From assembly GCA_963822945.1 (NCBI GenBank), contig CAWGJO010000015.1, positions 1 to 33,789 of the forward strand: 33,789 nucleotides of DNA, written 5' to 3'. The DNA is from an uncultured Gemmatimonadaceae bacterium (GTDB lineage: Bacteria > Gemmatimonadota > Gemmatimonadetes > Gemmatimonadales > Gemmatimonadaceae). The first letter of the stretch is position 1. Each line of letters begins with the position of its first letter. Below are positions 30,201 through 33,789 of this stretch, piece by piece. A program made the position numbers and the translations under genes. The notes under the pieces are model-generated. The model did no database searches. It saw only the letters and a list, made by a program, of their open reading frames with translations, and was not told the DNA's origin.

Positions 30201-31129
30201 CGCAGCTCCCTCAGGTAGTGGACCAGGGCCGTCAGGTCCGCGTGATCGAGTCCGGTGACCGGCATCAACGATCCCGGCTTCACCGAATCGGGGTGGGCCA
30301 GCCACCGGCTGAGCCCGGCCTCGGTGTTCGGCAGCACGCCGGCGGCCAGCGTCTCGCGACCGCCGACGTGCGTGAGATCCGGGCCGGCCTGCCCGTCGGC
30401 CGTGGTGCCCATGAGGCGATGGCACCCCGCGCACCCGTGCGCGCGGAGCAGCGCCATCGCGGTCGCCGAGGTATCGACCACGGGCAGCCGTTCGTGCGCC
30501 TCCCACGCCCGGAATGCAGCCGGCCGCTGCGCCACGACGAGGATCTTCATGTTCGCGTGCTCCGTCCCGCAGAACTCGGCGCACTGCCCGTGATACTCGC
30601 CCGTCGAGTCGGCCTCCAGCCACATCTCGTTGGTCTGGCCGGGAATCATGTCGGTCTTGCCGCCGAGCGCCGGCACCCAGAAGCTGTGGATCACGTCGCC
30701 CGCCTTCAGCAGGAAGTGCACCGGCGTCCCCACCGGGATATGGATTTCGTTGGCGGTCACGAAGTCCACGCGGTGGTCGGGATCCAGGTACGCCACCTTC
30801 CACCAGTAGCGGTATCCGGTCACGCGGATCGTCATGCCCGGCTCGCGCAGCACCCGGGCGTAGCCGTCGAGCACGCGGAGGGTGTACAGGAAGCTGACGA
30901 AGAGAATGCCGGTGGTGATCAGCGCGCCGATCGCGATCCACCGGCGCGCCGGCGCTTCGCCCGCTTCGGTCAGCTCGTCGCCTGCCTCGCGACGGTGAAA
31001 GAGCGCGTACACGATGAGCCCGGTGACCACGATCGCCACGGCGAGCGCCGTGAGATTCAGCATCCACCCGAGGCGCGCCAGCGGGCGGCCGGCGCTCCCC
31101 ATGGCACGCAGGACGTCGGTGCCGTTCAC
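30197..31129 (-). CDS. ctaC: Cytochrome c oxidase subunit II with a fused C-terminal cytochrome c (caa3-type)
   Basis: Two TM helices, VTGYRYWWKVAY, CuA ligands DVIHSFW and CAEFCGTEHANM, heme motif CAGCH and distal KPGSLMP. Confidence 0.95.
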   Translation of the reverse strand: MNGTDVLRAMGSAGRPLARLGWMLNLTALAVAIVVTGLIVYALFHRREAGDELTEAGEAPARRWIAIGALITTGILFVSFLYTLRVLDGYARVLREPGMTIRVTGYRYWWKVAYLDPDHRVDFVTANEIHIPVGTPVHFLLKAGDVIHSFWVPALGGKTDMIPGQTNEMWLEADSTGEYHGQCAEFCGTEHANMKILVVAQRPAAFRAWEAHERLPVVDTSATAMALLRAHGCAGCHRLMGTTADGQAGPDLTHVGGRETLAAGVLPNTEAGLSRWLAHPDSVKPGSLMPVTGLDHADLTALVHYLRELR

Positions 31130-32568
31130 TGTCCCGCCCCCGTCGCGGTTCCGCGGTCCCGGCCTGCATCCCCGCCGTGCCGCGACGTCAGGAATGCGGC
31201 CAGCGCATCGAGTTGATCGCTCGGCAGCACCTTACTGAACGCCGGCATGTTGTAACCGCCGTTCTCGATCCACTGCTTGATCTCGTTTTCGGACATGCGA
31301 TCCCCGACGTTTGTCAGATCGGGTCCGCGCAGCCCGCCGAACCCGTGCACGCGGTGGCAGTCCTCGCACCCGCGCTGGTGAAAGAGCACGGCGCCGCGCT
31401 GCACGGACGAATCGGACGACGCCACCACCGAGTCGGGCAGCGCCTGGGCCGAGAAGTGCGGCGACCACGGGGCCACGACGCCCAGCCGCCAGAGCACGCC
31501 CACCCCAACGACGATGGCGGCCACGACCGGCAGCGCCCAGGGACGCCGCCGCACGTGCCGTTCGCCGCGGCCGAAGACCACCGGCAACAGAAGGAGTACC
31601 GTTGCCGCGGAGAGCGGCAGCAGCCACATCAACACCGACTCCGTGCCGTGCGGCAGCTCGGCGAGCAGCGCGAAGTACCAGAGCAGATACCAGTCCGGAC
31701 GTGGGCGCGCGCGGATGAGCGCGGGATTGGGCGGCCGGCCCAGCGGCTCTGGCCCCACGAACACCGCCAGGCCCAGCACGAACAGCAGCACCGCGCAGGC
31801 GAAGACGACGTCGCGCCAGGCCGCGTCGGGCCAGAAGGGCACGCCGCGCTTCTCGAGCAGCGTCGCGTAGCGCGCGCGTTCGGTGCCGGGGTCCACCGGT
31901 TGCCCCGGCTTGGGCGGGTCGGAGATCCCGTGGTGCAGCACCAGATACAGGTGCAGGGCGATCACGCCGCCGATGAGCAGCGGAATCACGAAGACGTGGT
32001 AGGCGAACAGATGGCTGAGTGTCGCCGTGCCGATGTGGCCGCCGGCGAGAATGAGGTTGGCCAGCAGGTGCCCGACCACGGGCACGCGGCCGGCCTGCTC
32101 CGCCGCCACGACCGCCGACCAGACCCCGTTCTGATCCCAGCGCAGCACCTGCCCGGTAAAGCCCATCGTCACGGTGAGCCCCAGCAGCAGCACCCCCGAG
32201 ATCCAGTTGACCTCGCGCGGGAACTTGTACGACCCGGTGATGAACACCCGGATGGCGTGCAGCCCGATGAGCACGATCATCGCGGAGGCGCCGAAGTAGT
32301 GCAGGCCGCGGAGAATGCTCCCCCACAGGGCGCGGTGCGAGATGTACTGCAGGCTCTGATATGCGCTGCCGGCCGAGGGCACGTACATCGTGGCGAGCGC
32401 GACCCCGGTGACCACCTGAAGGAGGAACGCGGCCAGCGTCGCGCTGCCGAACACGTAGCCCCATCCCGTGTCGGGAGGCACCTTGTGCTTGATCAATGGG
32501 CGCAGCTTGGCGGACAACCCCAGCCGGTCGTCCAGCCAGTGCGCCACCCGTCGCCAGAGTCGCGTCAT
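31126..32568 (-). CDS. qcrB: Cytochrome b (b6+subunit IV-like) with a fused C-terminal monoheme cytochrome c
   Basis: Heme b His pairs LRGLHYFGAS..GLHAIR and YHVF..ALHL, PREVNWISG, Qo motif RPDWY and C-terminal CEDCH...NMP. GGAGG RBS before ATG 32568. Confidence 0.93.
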   Translation of the reverse strand: MTRLWRRVAHWLDDRLGLSAKLRPLIKHKVPPDTGWGYVFGSATLAAFLLQVVTGVALATMYVPSAGSAYQSLQYISHRALWGSILRGLHYFGASAMIVLIGLHAIRVFITGSYKFPREVNWISGVLLLGLTVTMGFTGQVLRWDQNGVWSAVVAAEQAGRVPVVGHLLANLILAGGHIGTATLSHLFAYHVFVIPLLIGGVIALHLYLVLHHGISDPPKPGQPVDPGTERARYATLLEKRGVPFWPDAAWRDVVFACAVLLFVLGLAVFVGPEPLGRPPNPALIRARPRPDWYLLWYFALLAELPHGTESVLMWLLPLSAATVLLLLPVVFGRGERHVRRRPWALPVVAAIVVGVGVLWRLGVVAPWSPHFSAQALPDSVVASSDSSVQRGAVLFHQRGCEDCHRVHGFGGLRGPDLTNVGDRMSENEIKQWIENGGYNMPAFSKVLPSDQLDALAAFLTSRHGGDAGRDRGTATGAGQ

Positions 32569-32605
32569 ACGCCGCGCCTCCGGGCGATCCCGCGCCGTCC
32601 CGCCC

Positions 32606-33109
32606 TCACCCGACAATGGGAATGGGACGGGTGGACACTTCGACGCGTCCGTGGCGGACGCGTACCGGATGATGCTTCAGCGGCTCGGCGGGCGGCCCCG
32701 CGGCCACCTGCCCGTCGGCGTAGAACACCCCGCCGTGACAGGGACACATGAACAGATCGGCGTCGGCCAACCAGCGCACGGGACAGCCCAGGTGCGTACA
32801 GTCGATGGCGAACGCCGTGAACTCGGCGTCGCCGGTGCGGCGCAGCCAGGCGCCCATCCGTTCCGAAACGCCGGCCCAGCGTTCGGCGCCCGGCGAATCG
32901 AAGATGACTTCGTGCGTCGTGCCGACCGGGTACTTCGAGACGGGCCCCACATCCCGCCACACCTCCGTCTCGCGGCGGATCACCGGCCCGAACACGAACG
33001 TCAGCGGCGGCACCGCCGCCACCGCCGCCGCCAGCGCCCCCAGCGCCATCGAGACGCGCGAGAGAAAGGTGCGCCGCTTCATGGCGGCCGAATCATCCGG
33101 TGGGTTCAT
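32606..33109 (-). CDS. qcrA: Rieske [2Fe-2S] subunit of a quinol:cytochrome c reductase
   Basis: Tat motif KRRTFL plus a TM helix, box 1 CTHLGC, box 2 CPCHGGVF and GPP..PL. ATG 33109 with GGAGG and an ATGA overlap. Confidence 0.95.
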   Translation of the reverse strand: MNPPDDSAAMKRRTFLSRVSMALGALAAAVAAVPPLTFVFGPVIRRETEVWRDVGPVSKYPVGTTHEVIFDSPGAERWAGVSERMGAWLRRTGDAEFTAFAIDCTHLGCPVRWLADADLFMCPCHGGVFYADGQVAAGPPAEPLKHHPVRVRHGRVEVSTRPIPIVG

Positions 33110-33789
33110 GCGTCCTCCCGCGCGTCGGCTTCGTGCAGGGCCATCCGCAGCACTTCGGCCAGGTGCATCGGCTGCCGCCCGGTGCCGTGCTCGGTCTGCT
33201 CCCGGCACGAGAAGCCGTTCATCACGATCAAGGTGTCGTCGGCGGCCTCGCGAACCTTTGGGAGCAGCACCCGTTCGCCGGCGCGCATCGAGATGTCGTA
33301 CTTGTCCTTCGAGAATCCGTAGGAGCCGGCGAGCCCGCAGCACCCCGCGTCGAGCACGTCGAGGTCGAGCCCCATCGCTTTGAGCACGGCCAACTCGGCG
33401 TCCATGTGCATCACCGCCTTGTGCTGGCAGTGGCCATGCACCACGGCGCGGCGATGGAGCGGGGGCGGCACATAGCGCTGGCGCACCAGATACTCGCTGA
33501 GCAGGAAGGTGCTGTGCGCCAGCCGCCGGGCATCCTCGTCGTTGGGAAAGAGGTTCACCAGTTCGTCGCGGAAGGCCGCCACGCAGCTTGGCTCGAGCCC
33601 GACGATGGGCACGCCGTCGCGCAGATAGGGGCGCAGCACGCGCAGCGTCTGCTCCCAGAGCGCCTCGGCGCGGTCGAGCATCCCGAAGTCGTAGAGCGGA
33701 CGCCCGCAACAGAGCGGGCGCGGGGGAATCTCCACCCGGCAGCCCGCCCGCTCCAGCACCTCGACGGCGGCCTGCCCCACGTCCGAGCG
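33106..33789 (-). CDS. C-terminal CCG-domain part of an Fe-S oxidoreductase, probably the FAD-linked GlcD/GlpC-type fusion family (5'-truncated by the window edge)
   Basis: LCCGRPLYDFG, GLEPSC, HGHCQHK, GCCGLAGSYG and NGFSCREQ. The frame is open to the window end. Confidence 0.85.
   Translation of the reverse strand, partial: RSDVGQAAVEVLERAGCRVEIPPRPLCCGRPLYDFGMLDRAEALWEQTLRVLRPYLRDGVPIVGLEPSCVAAFRDELVNLFPNDEDARRLAHSTFLLSEYLVRQRYVPPPLHRRAVVHGHCQHKAVMHMDAELAVLKAMGLDLDVLDAGCCGLAGSYGFSKDKYDISMRAGERVLLPKVREAADDTLIVMNGFSCREQTEHGTGRQPMHLAEVLRMALHEADAREDA

Overview
A very GC-rich (roughly 70%, judged by eye) bacterial chromosomal window. Gene content and protein style suggest Gemmatimonadota (inference). 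From left to right it holds: a 5'-truncated membrane PAS hybrid histidine kinase; an overlapping run of valS, an Ig-like lipoprotein, selA, a gmhB-like HAD phosphatase, purN and a secreted tandem M42 peptidase; purH; a ~220-nt rod-like palindrome; a VOC/glyoxalase gene; a DUF2723/TMEM260-like GT-C membrane protein; a small membrane protein; corA; a GH15 glucoamylase; a PAS/GAF hybrid kinase; a class I aminotransferase; a PmtA-like methyltransferase; and a lipoprotein. The right end carries a coupled minus-strand respiratory operon: CCG-domain Fe-S oxidoreductase, low-potential Rieske, cytochrome b+c fusion, CoxII+c fusion, CoxI+III fusion, an unknown membrane ORF and ctaG. Several genes carry single-base frameshifts, clustered at 18.5-20.3 kb and 28.3-30.2 kb, which look more like long-read consensus errors than gene decay. 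The most notable signals are: (1) an A-family-like oxidase lacking both the D-channel Glu (GHPWVY) and the K-channel Lys, inside an apparently hard-wired dehydrogenase-to-oxidase chain; (2) strong enrichment of Bacteroidota-type D-S/T-x O-glycosylation sequons in an exported lipoprotein, with a TMEM260-like candidate transferase nearby; (3) an exported dead+active tandem M42 peptidase; (4) the long intergenic hairpin. No tRNA, rRNA, CRISPR array or transposase was seen.
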